In this document: piece after piece, positions 38,234 to 50,900 of the stretch
How the letters are laid out: each line of letters opens with the position of its first letter
Numbering within the stretch: the first letter of the stretch is position 1
NCBI GenBank assembly: GCA_038087875.1
Contig: CM075988.1
Span: 19,656,001 to 19,720,000, forward strand
From: Malacoraja senta
Lineage: Eukaryota
Length of the DNA: 64,000 nucleotides
Reading direction: 5' to 3'
The notes under the pieces: model-generated
Told to the model about the DNA's origin: nothing
The model's input: only the letters and a program-made list of their open reading frames with translations
Databases searched by the model: none
Program-made: the position numbers and the translations under genes

Positions 38234-40047
38234 CTAATTTCTTAAATAATGCGGATACATTTACTACCTTCCAATAATGGGAACTATTCTACAAGATGCC
38301 AAGCAGTGCATGCACTCTATCCGTAGGCATAGTCTTCAAAACCTATTGCTGGTCATCACATTTCATACTATTAATTTCTCCTATACTAGTTTCTCTTGAA
38401 CACCAATTTGTGAACATGGATCTTGCACTCACTCCATTTTTTAGGTGCACTTAAGCAGATTCCATTTCTCTCTCTGGGCAAGCGTCATTCGTCTCTACAG
38501 CCTTTCTCTCATTCTTTATTATCATGGCTATCCCATCTCCTTTTCCACTTTATCTCTTTCTTAATAATTTAGTACTCATTTATTTTCATTCAGGCCATTT
38601 ATTTACCCACCCTGTGATAAATTGTGCCTGCGTTTACATACGGAACCTTCAATTACATAAAGTACCTGTTCTCATGTGCAGTATGATTTGCACGCAAACA
38701 AAGCTTTTCATTGCAACCCGGTGAACATGGCAATAATAAATAACACCAATTAAATGGGTCATTTCACAGACCTGCACAGACATGGAATGGTACACTAGCA
38801 AGTAGTCCGTGCCTTCTGCAGAGAGAGGAGACGGAGAAAAGTGAGGGAGATACCAAGAATGAGGACCAAGGCTATATCTAACAGGAATGTAGATTAGTTG
38901 TTAGCACTGTGACGCATCAGTTCCACAGACAAAGTCCAATGTCCGCAATGGGGTAGAGGTGAATCGGACAGATTCCCAGCTGATCACAGTCCCAGCTGTT
39001 CTGAGGAGGGTAGGAGAGGCCAAACTGGCTCTGGAGAAAAGTGCGCTCCCTCTATTGCAGAAGCAGTCCTGACAGTATACTTCTATAAAATAAACATTCA
39101 CTTATCCATGATGAGAGAGAAACTGTGGGTCTCATACTGGGAAGGGGACAACAAGAATATTTGTTGGTAAGATGGTAGTCAATGGAAAGATTACTTTGGT
39201 ATTTATCAAGCTTCTCAAATGAAGTCTAAGTTAATATCCACCCTCAAACTCAGCATAAACTCATTTGTGCCAATTCAGGGAAGCCATTTCTGCACATTTA
39301 GATTGTGGAGAAACAAGTCACTGCAGGAAAATCGTAGGAAGGAACTGCAGATGCTGGCTTAGCTGGACACAAAATGCTGGAGTAACTCAGCAGGACAGGC
39401 AGCATCTCTGGAGAGGAAGGGTCTCGACCTGAAACATCACCCATTCCTTCTCTCCAGCGATGCTGCCTGTCCCGCTGAGTTACGCCAGCATTTTATGTCT
39501 CTCTTCACTGCAGGAAAAGGTGTGACCAGGCCTGTCCTTGGTTGCCGTGGTAACAGACACCCAGGGAGAGTCTCATATCGAGAGATGAGAGATCTTGACA
39601 GACAATGGGTGCACAACTGTGTTGCTTCTTCATGACACAGATTAATTGCAATGTTATTCACAGCCTACACAATGTAAATCAAACCACCGGTCTGCAAAAT
39701 TATAAAGAACTTTAATTACCTCATGGATTAGGACAAAGGTAATTCTCTGCATGCTTTTCATTCCTTTTTTTTTTACTCAATAAAGATTTAATCACAAGGT
39801 GGTACATTTTCAGGCTCGTAAGGAATGTTATTTTTTGTTATTTTTAAATGTCAGTCGGCTTAGAGAATACGTATTTAAGATCACAGGTGAGCTATATATC
39901 CACAGAACAGACATTTGCTTTGTTCAAAACTAAGCATCTATGCTTTGATATCAAAGTATGATATTTAGAAATCATAAATTGCATTATTCCTGAGCAGGAA
40001 AGCCAGATTAAGTTTGGAAATAGCAGGCCTATAAAAAGACTGATCAA

Positions 40048-40563
40048 GAGTCAAGAGTGTTTAATTATCATATGTACCGAAAACAATGAAATTCTTACTT
40101 GCTGCAGATTTACAGGCCAGTAAAAGCAGTAACACACATATAATATATAATAATCAAAAATACAATAAACTAATATCAAATAATTATAATAGTGAGAACA
40201 AATAAAGTCTGCAATAGAGTCCAAGTCATATTTCATAGAAGATCATAGTTGCTGAGGTTAATGTTGTGCAGTGTTCAAGAGCCTGATGGTTGTTGGGGAA
40301 GAAACTATTTTTGAACCTGATGGTCATGGTTTTTAGGCTTCTGGACTTTCTTCCTGATGGTATGAATGAGAGGAGAGCATGGCCAGGTTGGTGAAGGTCT
40401 AGGATGATATTGGTTGTTTTTTTGAGGCTGTGTCTCCTATTGATACCTCTGATGGCGAGGAGGTCAGTACCTGTGATGGACGGGGCAGTGTCTACCACAA
40501 TCTGTCATCTTCTTCATTCCTGGGCTTTCGAGTTACCGAACCAGGCCGTAATGCAACAACCAG
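40048..40563 (-). mobile_element. Rex1/Babar-like LINE 3' fragment (duplicate at +13583)
   Basis: ITGCCITAWFGNS, HQPGHALLSFIPSGRK, RFKNSFFP. Confidence 0.75.
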
Positions 40564-40945
40564 TAATAACAAGCAGCATGTCATTATTTTGCAATAATGA
40601 ACTAATAATAGTCTTAGTATCTGACAGTTTTTTAATCAAATATAATACACCAGCTTTGTTCTTAAAATAATGTCTGATAACATTGAAGTGCAGAGTGCTT
40701 ATCAATGATGTTAAAATGTAACATTTCGTTCAATCATCGCATAAATCTCTTGGTCATTAAGAATTCTTAAGCTATAATTACAGAGATGAACATAATTGAT
40801 AAGTTTTCAAATTGAAGTCTGCCACGGCATTTCAGTACTTTATAAAGTCATCACATTTTGCTCCCATAGTGACTGCTGACACGTCATTTCAGTTACGGTA
40901 TATTGAAATCAAGGAGGTTCTGACAATGACGTGGCTTAGTTAGAG

Positions 40946-41142
40946 TGTGTAAGAAGGAACTGCAGATGCTGGTTTAAACTGAAGATAGACACAAAAAGCT
41001 GGAGTAACTCAGCGGGACCAGGCAGCATCTCTGGAGAGAAGGAATGGATGACGTTTTGGGTTGTCCCGAAAAGTCACCCATTCCTTGTCTCCAGAGATGC
41101 TGCCTGTCCCACTGCATTACTCCAGCTTTTTGTGTCTATCTT
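40946..41142. repeat. Fold-back pair of inverted Penelope terminal-repeat units, about 80-bp arms (duplicate at +13583)
   Basis: 40981-41060 is the reverse complement of about 41065-41142 with few mismatches. Confidence 0.85.
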
Positions 41143-41916
41143 TGGCTTAGTTAGAGCCATGGATTCATAGGCCAAAATGGCAGGGATACAGACCCTTTGG
41201 CCCACCAGGTCAATGCCGACCAAGTTGGCAAATGGTCCAGTCCCACTTGCTTGCATATGGCTTATTCCCATTTGTGGGAAACTGGTCTCTTAACTCCAAG
41301 GTCATGACATAAACATGAAACTCTTCTTCCATTTGCATCGAACAGCACAATTGCAACTTCTACAAAATAACAAGGTTCAAATTGATTTTCACTGGCGAAG
41401 GAACCAGACAATTGCATTAACATTCCTTTTTTTAAACCTGGCCAAGTTAAATAGAATAATATCTCCAATCAAAAGCTAACAATCTTTCAACAGTCAATTA
41501 GAATTAATACGAATTCCAGAAATATCTCAGTGAAATCTTTGGAACTGGAGTAGGAATCTTAGCCCACATTCAGCATTGCCAGTAACCTTGTAAAATTAAT
41601 GAGTAAAACTCATAACATCTAGGTCTAAGAGAGGTCAAAACACATCCTTGATTTCTCTCTCATCTTGCATAGTGACCTTTGGCCATCTGTCTGACACCCC
41701 CTGATATGATGCTGGCCTGTGTGTGGGTAAGTTCTCCCAGTGAGGGCTCTTTTATGATTCGGCAGGCCAATGAGGGTGCCTGAAACGCACTGCCAGGGGT
41801 GATGGTGGAGGCAGACATGATAGTGGTAGATACGACAGGAGCTTTTAGAAGGCACATGGATATGTAGGAGAATGAAGGGATATGGATCATGTGTAATCAG
41901 AGATTAGTTTTCAAAA

Positions 41917-42385
41917 TTACACAAATTGCTAGAGTGACTCATCAGGTCAAGCAACATATCTGGAGAACATGGATAAGTGATGTTTTGTGTTGGGACTCTT
42001 CTTCAGACTGATTGTGGTGAGTGGGGGGGGGGGAGAAAACAGGAAGAGAGGAGGGGCAGGACAAAGCCTGGTGGATGATGGGTGTACACAGGTGAAGTTT
42101 TCTTTGATAGGCAGACAGTTGGACAAAGGCCAGAGATGAAGAGCCAAAAGGGTGTATGATAAGGATAAAAGAGTTGCACACTGAAGAGAGAGAAAGGGCT
42201 GTAGGTGGGAGAGGAAGGAGAAGGGGATAAATGGATACGAGTCAAGGTGGGGCGCAGAGAATGGGGGGGGGGTGTTGTTTGTAGGTTCGTTAACCAAAAT
42301 TGGAGGATTCAATGTTCATATCGTTAGGTTCCCAAGCAAAATATGAGGTGCTGTTCCTCCATTTTGCATGTGGTCTCACTCTGCC
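41917..42385 (-). mobile_element. Decayed Penelope-like 3' fragment (duplicate at +13583)
   Basis: Homologous to 3504-3810, including CTTCTTCAGACTG and AATATGAGGTGCTG. Confidence 0.7.
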
Positions 42386-43486
42386 TTCCTCCCATTTGTG
42401 GATTAGTTTAACCTGGCATCATGCTCAGCATGGACATTGTGGGTCGAAGGGCCTGTTCCTGTGCTTTACTGTTCAATGTTCTCTGTTCCATGGTAAGTCT
42501 TTTGGGCATTGAGAGCAACTGGAGAGATGTGTCCACCATCCCAAAAATCAGATGCAAACTCTGCCATTATTTACTGCTCGAATGAAAATATTTGGGTAAA
42601 ATAAAAAATATTAAGGGTGATTTTAACAAATAGTGCTTTGGGTACTTTGGTTTTTTTTTTCTTCCTTGTTTATTTATTAGAACCAAGAGGATCAAACACT
42701 AAATATGTGCTCTGGCGAATCTGAGAATTCACAGTGCAGCAAAAGATTCTGGTGATGGATTTCATGATCCTATTATGGATTAAAAGGGAGTCACAAAATA
42801 GCAGTTCATCCACCCTCCCCCAGCACTGTGGCCCATCAACCCTGCACAAATATATCTAAAGAGGATGACTTCAGAGGCAAATTTATCAGGATGACAGCAG
42901 AATGATCAATTCAGACTGTGAAATGACTTCGGAGCCATTTTCAACACGCAGGAAAAGGTAATTTACAGGATTATTGGTAAAACAAATCATTTTGTGGCAT
43001 CTCTATATAGTTGATGATTGTGTTTTATCTGCACCATTCTTTTCCACCTGAAACCATAAGGAGATATAATCTAAAATCTGCACTTTCTGATGGGGCGTTA
43101 TAATAAAACAGACACTGAAGATTCTTCGCACTGGCTCCTTCCATTTTAGTGCAAGTACACAGAAAGAGCTGAAAAACTCCGCAGCACAGGAAAGGCACAC
43201 TTTTATGGCAGAATAATAATCCCCAGATTTAACTGTCAGGCACTAGAGGAGAGGTGATGTGTTTATAAACTGTTACCTTAAATGAAAGAAATTCTGGATG
43301 AGGCCAAGGGATGTATAAACACGTAAGAGGCTCTCATCTCACTACTACCATCGGGAAGAAGGTACAGGAGTCTGAAAATCATGACCACCAGGTTCAAGAA
43401 CAGCTTCTTCCCAGCAACCACCAGGCTCTTGAACACTGCACAACATTTAATCTCAGCAACTATGTTCTTCAATGGACTATGTCTTT

Positions 43487-43815
43487 GTTTAGTTTTAGTT
43501 AAGAGATACAGTAGCGGAAGCGGGCCCTTCGGCCCACCGAATCCGTGCCGACCAGCGATCCCCGCACAAGCTTATACACACTAGGAACAATTTACACTTA
43601 TACCAAGTATACAAACCCAAGCCAATTAACCTAACCTACAAACCTGTACGTCTTTGGAGTGTGGGAGGAAACCGATCTCGGAGAAAAACCACACGGTCAC
43701 GGGGAGAACGTACAAACTCTGTACAGACGGCGCCCGTAGTCAGGATTGAACACGAGTCTCTGGTGCTGCAAGCGCTGTAAGGCAGCAACTTTTCCGCTGC
43801 ACCACCGTGCCGCCC
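43487..43815 (-). mobile_element. HE1-like V-SINE, full length (duplicate at +13583)
   Basis: SINE consensus match, CpG-rich. Confidence 0.85.
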
Positions 43816-43859
43816 TTTGGTTTGGTACTATTACGGTTACCTAGTGTTATGGTTATTAA

Positions 43860-44293
43860 TTTAAACTTCCCATCCCATTCCCATTCCCATACTGACCTTT
43901 CTGTCCTGGGCCTCCTCCATTGCCAGAGTGAGGCCACATGCAAATTGGAGGAACAGCACCTCATATTTTGCTTGGGTAGCTTACACCCCAGCGGTATTAC
44001 CATTGAATTCTCTACTTTTAAGTAACTTCTACTAACACTCCCCTTCCCTTCCCACTGTACATATTGTTTTCCTCTTGAGATTATCCCTTCCATAGCCTAC
44101 TATGGGCTTATCAGACACCGCCCTGCTTGAGGTCATTTATGGCTAGCCCTGACTGGTCTTGGTTTTTTCTCGCCTCCAGCGCTTCACCCAACCCCGACTC
44201 TCAGTCTGAAGAAGGATCCCGACCCGAAACATCCTTTTTCTCCAGAGATGCTGCCTGACCTGCTGAGTTACTGCAGCATTTTTTGTCTATCTT
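43860..44293 (+). mobile_element. Penelope-like 3' fragment (duplicate at +13583)
   Basis: KLEEQHLIFCLGSLHPSGITIEFSTF followed by the terminal repeat. Confidence 0.8.
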
Positions 44294-45159
44294 AAGAATT
44301 TCATTATCCTGTTGCCGGAGCATATGACAATTGAACATTCTTGGTTTATGCTGTAGAGGAAGAGGAAGGCAGTTGGTCTCCTCATGCTTGTTGCTGTTAG
44401 AGTCCCAGCACTCTTGTTGTTCTGGAGATACAGGCGACTGCAGATGCCGGAATCTGAAACAAACCAATAAACTGCTGGGGAACGCAATGGGCCGAACATC
44501 ATCTGTGGGGGGCAGAAGGAATTGTTAACATTTCTGTTCCTGTTTTCTAACTGTTCTTCCTCCTCCAGACAGATTGTGTCTCCTGGACCTCCTTGCTCTA
44601 CACCCTACCACAGACACATGATCATAATCATAAGTAACTCAGTGGGTCAGACAGTATCTCCTGAGAAATGGAATAGATGATGTTTCGGGTAAACACCCTT
44701 CTTCAAACCTGAAAACGTCATTGATTCCTTCTCTCCAGAGATGCTGTCTGACCTGGTGAATTACTCCAGCTTTTTGTGTCTATCTTCAGTTTAAACCAGC
44801 ATCTGCAGTTCCTGCATACACTGTGCTTGTTCCTGTTCTTTACTACAATGCTGTAATACTAATGTTCTTTTATGTGTCGGTACAATGTACCAGCACCTCT
44901 AAACAGTTGGTAAGTGAGAAAATGGCATTGTTTTACTTAATTTCACACGTTTCTGCTCAACTTGGGTGGGGTGGGGGAGGGAGTGAGGGGGGGGGGGCAT
45001 TATCTCTGACGTCTTACACCACCCAGGGAGGTCACTCGGTTATCTCGGTCACAACTGCTATAGAGTTATAATGCACGGAACAGGCCCTTCAGCCCAACTT
45101 GGTGATGCTGAAGTGATATAGTCCCATTTGCTTGCATTTGGTCCGCATCCCTCTAAGCC

Positions 45160-45510
45160 TAATGTATGTGGAGAGGATGATTCCGCTAGTGGTCAAGCCT
45201 AGGACCAGAGGCCATTGCCTCAGAATAAAACAACGTGCCTTTAAGAAGGAGAAAAGGAGGAATTTCTTTAGTCAGATGGTGGTGAATCTGTTGAATTCAT
45301 TGCCACAGAAGGCTGTGGAGGCCAAGTTAATGGATATTTTTAAAGCAGAGATTGATACATTCTTGAATGCTACGGGTGTCAGAAGTTATGGGGAGAAGGC
45401 AGGAGAGTGGGGTTGAGAGGGAAAGAGATCAGCCATGATTGAATGGCTGAGTAGACGATGGGCCGAATCGCCTAATTCTGCTCCTATCATTCATGAACTT
45501 ATGAACTTAT
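45160..45510 (+). mobile_element. CR1-type LINE 3' end nested in an opposite-strand CR1 tail (duplicate at +13583)
   Basis: TRGHCLRIK...RRNFFSQMVVNLLNSLPQKAVEA. Confidence 0.8.
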
Positions 45511-46347
45511 AAAACCTTTTTTATCCATGTACTTGTCCAAGTATTTTTAAAATCTTGTTATTGTATCTGCCTCAACTATATCCTCTGGCAGCTCGTTCCA
45601 TATACCCACTGCCCTCTGAGTGAATCACCCACCCTCTGCCTGTCTGCGGTTACATTACACAGAGCCACCTGGACAGTGAGATGCAGCATGAAGCTTACGA
45701 CAGGGAGCTGGTGGAACTATAATGAAGTTTAAAGCGGATTAAAACTCTCTGAGAGCTGGAGGTAGATAGTAAATACACATGACAGGCTCAATAATGCTTC
45801 AAATTAAAATCACCTTATTAAAAGTCGAATATAAGTTAAGGATTGGGTAACCAGTGAGATAGAAAATTGTTTCTTTGTCTTTCAAATAAAGACCAGGGAA
45901 AGGCACCAATCTCATAGCTTTTATTCAAGATTCTAGACAAATAGGTCAATTTTCTAACTCATTGGTCATCCAATCTCTGACTTATTTACGAATGTTCTTT
46001 ACAAGAGACCCATTAGTTCTTGGCAGTGCTGTTCATCAATATTATATTAACTCCATTCAATAACTTTTTGTTCGTCATCACACATTTGACACCGAGCTAA
46101 AGGCGCTATGGAGTTCTGAGCACTGGACATTAATTGTGAATTGTGCCATTGTCCGTAGCCATGAGATGAATTGTACAATGTTACACTCCTTAGCGGTTGT
46201 GTTTCCCAGAGAGCATGTGATTAGCATTGCTCGTATGATGCCGCTAATATTTTTGTTGGAGAATTGTGGGCAGTGGTTGGCTGGGGGAGGGGGAATTGTT
46301 ATGTGGGCAGCTGAGGGTACTAGAGGGATCGAGGATGGTGGGCAGGC

Positions 46348-46654
46348 TTAGTTTAGTTTAGAGATAGAGCACGGAAACAGGCCCTTCGGCCCAACGAGTC
46401 CGTGCCGACCAGCGATCCCTGTACACCAGCACTATCCTACACACACTAGAGACAATTTACAATTATACCAAATCCAATTAGCCTACAAACCTGTACATCT
46501 TTGGAGTGTGGGAGGAAACCAGAGCACCTGGAGAAAACCCACACTGGTCACAGGGAGAACATACCAACTCCGTATAGACAGCACCCGTAGTCAGGATCGA
46601 ACCCGGGTCTCTGGCGCTGTGAGGCAACAACTCTACCGCTGCGCCATCGTGCCA
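46348..46654 (-). mobile_element. HE1-like V-SINE, full length (duplicate at 59931-60237)
   Basis: SINE consensus match. Confidence 0.85.
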
Positions 46655-47299
46655 CAGGCGGAGACACTTGAGTTGTTGCCACTTCCCTACTTGATACCGG
46701 CTTCCATGTACAATCTGTCTCTGCAGGTTATTGTCTGTTAAATAGATCTCAGCCACGGGTCTGTGGGCACGACTTGTGTCTGACTTGAGGACACACGGTA
46801 GAAACTTTAGACGCAAATATCGCAGCTGCCAGTGTGGAACTGAGTGGAGGAGGTCCTGTCGTATGGATCTGCTGCTAAACCTGTCAGAGGTCATGCAGGA
46901 ATTGTTCTTTTATTGTCATGTACACCGAGATACAGTGAAAAATGTATGTGTGCTATCCAGTCAAATTATACTATATATGAGTACAACCAAGCCATACACA
47001 AGTACAACATGTAGTGCAAAGAGCAAAATACCAGAGTGCAGAAGTAATGTTACACAGTACTTTCTTTGTAGACAAAATGGTGCTGGTATGCATATTATTT
47101 ACAAATCAAGACTTGCTCATTCTTAATGTTTAATTGATATGAATTAATAGGTCTTAATATTTAATCCGTCAATATTGTTTCCATCAATATACCTCCCCTC
47201 TTCTGTTCTTCTCGTAACAAAACTAAAAAGTATAAAATCAACGCGTTAAAAATGAATTACAATGCTATACACTAAAACACTTTCCAACTATTTTCCATC

Positions 47300-47655
47300 A
47301 TATAGAGCTCATGAGGGGAATAGTTATGGTGGATGCACAGAGTCTTGTAACCAGAGTAGGGGAATCATGAACCAGAGGACATAGGTTTAAGGTGAGAGGG
47401 AATAGATTTAATAGGAATCTGATGAACAACTTTTTCACACAGAGGGAGATGGGTATATAGAATGAGCTGCCAGAGGAGGTAGTTGAGACAGGTACTATAA
47501 CAACATTTAAAAGACAATTGGACAGGTACATGGCCTGGAAAGGTTTAGAGGGATCTGGACCAGAGGCGAGCAGGCGGGACTAGTGTAGATAGGGCATCTT
47601 GGTCGGCACCGGCCGGTTGGGCCTGTTTCCGTGCTACATGATCCTATCACTCCAA
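47300..47655 (+). mobile_element. CR1-type LINE 3' end (duplicate at +13583)
   Basis: ACCAGAGGACATAGGTTTAAGGTGAGAGGG...GGGCCTGTTTCCGTGCT tail shared with the SINEs. Confidence 0.8.
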
Positions 47656-47717
47656 CTCCATTCTTGATGCTACCCTCCATATGCAATCTGTTTAACAGAT
47701 GTCAGCCATGGGCAGAA

Positions 47718-47917
47718 NNNNNNNNNNNNNNNNNNNNNNNNNNNNNNNNNNNNNNNNNNNNNNNNNNNNNNNNNNNNNNNNNNNNNNNNNNNNNNNNNNN
47801 NNNNNNNNNNNNNNNNNNNNNNNNNNNNNNNNNNNNNNNNNNNNNNNNNNNNNNNNNNNNNNNNNNNNNNNNNNNNNNNNNNNNNNNNNNNNNNNNNNNN
47901 NNNNNNNNNNNNNNNNN
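47718..47917. other. Assembly gap (200 N)
   Basis: Seen directly. Confidence 1.
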
Positions 47918-50900
47918 GCTCGATCCTGACCTTAGGTGCTGTCTGTGTGGAGTTTGCATCTTCTCCCTGTGACCACGTGGATTTCCACTGGGTGCTCCGG
48001 TTTCCTCCAACATCCCAAAGCCGCATGGGTTTGTACGTGGATTGGCCCTCTGTAAATTGCCCCAGTGCGTAGGGATGGAAGCAAATGTGGGATAACAGAG
48101 AACTGGTGTGAATGGGTGATCGATGGTTGGCATGGACCCAGTGAGCTGAAGGGCCTGTTTCCATTCTGTATCTCTAAACTAAACTAAACTAAGCCTCATA
48201 TTGCTGGAGAAACATATTATCCTATGCAGAACTAAGGATGGCAGGAGAATTGCTCTTCCTGTTTCTCAAATATTTCATAGAGACATACAACATGGAAACA
48301 GGCCTTTCGGCCCAACTCATCCATGCTGACCAAGATGCCCGATCCAACCTAGTCCTTTTGTCCTGCATTTGGCTCATATCCCTCTAAACCTTTCCTATCC
48401 ATGAATCTGTCCAAATGTCTTTAAATGTTGTTATTGTTGTTGGCTCAAATGTTGGTTATGGTAGCCATGATCACATTGAATGGCGGTGCTGGCTCGAAGG
48501 GCCGAAGGGCCGAATGGCCTACTCCTGCACCTTTTGTCTATTGTCTATTGTCAACTATTGCCTCTGGCAGCCCGTTTCATATCCCCACCACATGCCCCGA
48601 GACAACTTTGTCCTCCAAGGTACATCCAACATTGACTGCAGATGTAACATTTTCAAGGTTCACACTGTTTAGCTTGTTTAAGCATTGGCCGTACATTGAC
48701 TTATTCTGTGATAATAGTCAGCTCTCCGCTGCTTAGATACACAGACACAGATCAATATTTCATTTTGATGGTATTGTTAGAACTGACATAAGAAATAACT
48801 CACAAGAATTGTGCCCATCCCATGAACGTGCAATAGGGTTGATTATGTGTTGGCCAATGATCCTGAGATAATCAAACACCATGTTGAAATCCCATCATTC
48901 ATGGCAGTCGTGTTGACGTGTGACACAATGATCCGTTCCTGTGGTGTTTGTCTCAGTAACTGTAACCTGGCAGTTCTCTTCCTCAGGAATAAACCTACTT
49001 CAATTAAACTTGAAACCCACTAGCGTGCGTGCAACTAATCCTGAACGGCAATTGATTAGGTTTACAAGTGACAAATCTTATTTCAGGCACATTTCAATTA
49101 AACACTTTTAATTTTATGCACGTTTTAACCAAATCTTTCACGTCCTTCACATCTTGTCTGTAAATCTTCAGATTTGTTCTACTTCATAATGCTGCAGCAA
49201 CAAATAACTCACTTGTAACTGCCATTCCTCCTACCTACCACACACTAAATACGTGACAAACTAAAGTGTGTATTGAACTCCATTTCCATTCCACTGAAGC
49301 CTACAGAACAATAGTTTACAAGTTCCTGCAAGACACAAAATGCTGGAGTAACTCAACGGCACAGGCAGCATCTCTGGAGAGAAGGAATGGGTGACGTTTC
49401 CATGGGTCGAGACGCTTCTTCAGACTGAAGAGCTCTGAAGATCTGTTCTGGGCCCAGCACATTGATGCAATCAGGTCATCAGTGCCACCAGTTCCTTAGA
49501 AGATTGAGGAGATTCAGTGTGTCAAACCCCTACAGGTGCACAGCAGGCAGCATACTGACGGGTTGCATCAAGACCTGGCTCAGCAACTCGAATGCCCAGG
49601 AATGAAGGAGATTGCACAGAGTGGTAGACACTGCCCGGTCCATCACAGACACTGACCTCCCCACCATTGAAAGGATCCACAGGAAGCACTGCCTCAAAAT
49701 GGCAGGTAATATCATCAGAGAACCACACCCCCCCCGACCATGCTCTCTTCTCATTTCTGACTCCAGCAAGAAGGTACAGGAGCCTGAAAACCATGACCTC
49801 CTGGTTGAAGAACACTTCCTTCCCAGCAACCATCAGGCTTTTGAACACTGCACGACACTAACCTCAGCAACTATGATCTTCTATTAACCGTGTCTTTGGT
49901 TGCACTACAGACTTCAGTTTTGCACTGTTATGCTAGTTTAGTAATAGTTATTAATTAATTGTATTATTGATTATCATACAGTATATTTATCTCTGCGTTA
50001 CTGCATTTACAGCCTGTTAAGTTGCAGCAGGTAAGAATTTCATTGTTCTGTGCCTGGTATATATGACAATTAAATATTTTTGACTTGAATTCAAACTGCC
50101 TTTCTCACGACATCTCCAACTTAATGCATGCTGCAGAAGCAAATTTCTATTTTGCCCTGAGACGTTGGTGAAATTCAAAGAAAGAATTCAGGCTTTTCCG
50201 CCGTGCTTGAAATATCCAAGTGTACGAAGTGTCCCCTGCAATATTTGGATGATGAAATTGAGCTCAACAGTGGAGAAGGATGCATCAGCACTTCTGTCAG
50301 GAACCACTTGAGTATCCGAGTGGAAGTCACAAAATGCAACACAGGCTGTGCTGATTTGGCTGAGGCACTTTTTGAGATATAACTTGTTCTGACAACTGGC
50401 CTTGTGCCATTCAATGCGTCTCATTATTTGGGTGGCACGATGACGCAGTGGTAGTTGCTGCCTTACAGCACCAGAGACCCATCTTCGATCCTGTCTTCGG
50501 GTGCTGTCTGAACGGAGTTTGCATGTTCTCCCCATAACCTGCATGGGTTTTCTCAGAGATCTTCGGCTTCCTCCCACTCTCCAAAGATGTACAGGTTTGT
50601 ATGTTAAATGGCTTGGTATAAATGTAGAATTATGTGTGTAGGATAGTGTTAATGTGCGGGGATCGCTGGTCGGTGCAGACACAGTGGGCCGAGGGGCCTA
50701 TTTCCGTGCAGAATCCCCAAAAAATCAATTAGCTGATATCCATCACAGGGGACCTGAAACATCGTCTATCCATTCCCTCCACAGTTGCTGCCTGACCCAC
50801 TCAGTTCCTCCAGCACTTTGTGATTTTGCTCAAGGTCCCAGCATCTGCACTTTTTGTGTCGCCATTAAGATGATATCCTCACATTTGACTTTGAATAAGC

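Larger units (their letters stand above)
34335..47717. repeat. 13,383-bp duplicated block, copy 1
   Basis: All ORFs recur with identical translation at a constant +13583 offset. Confidence 0.95.
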
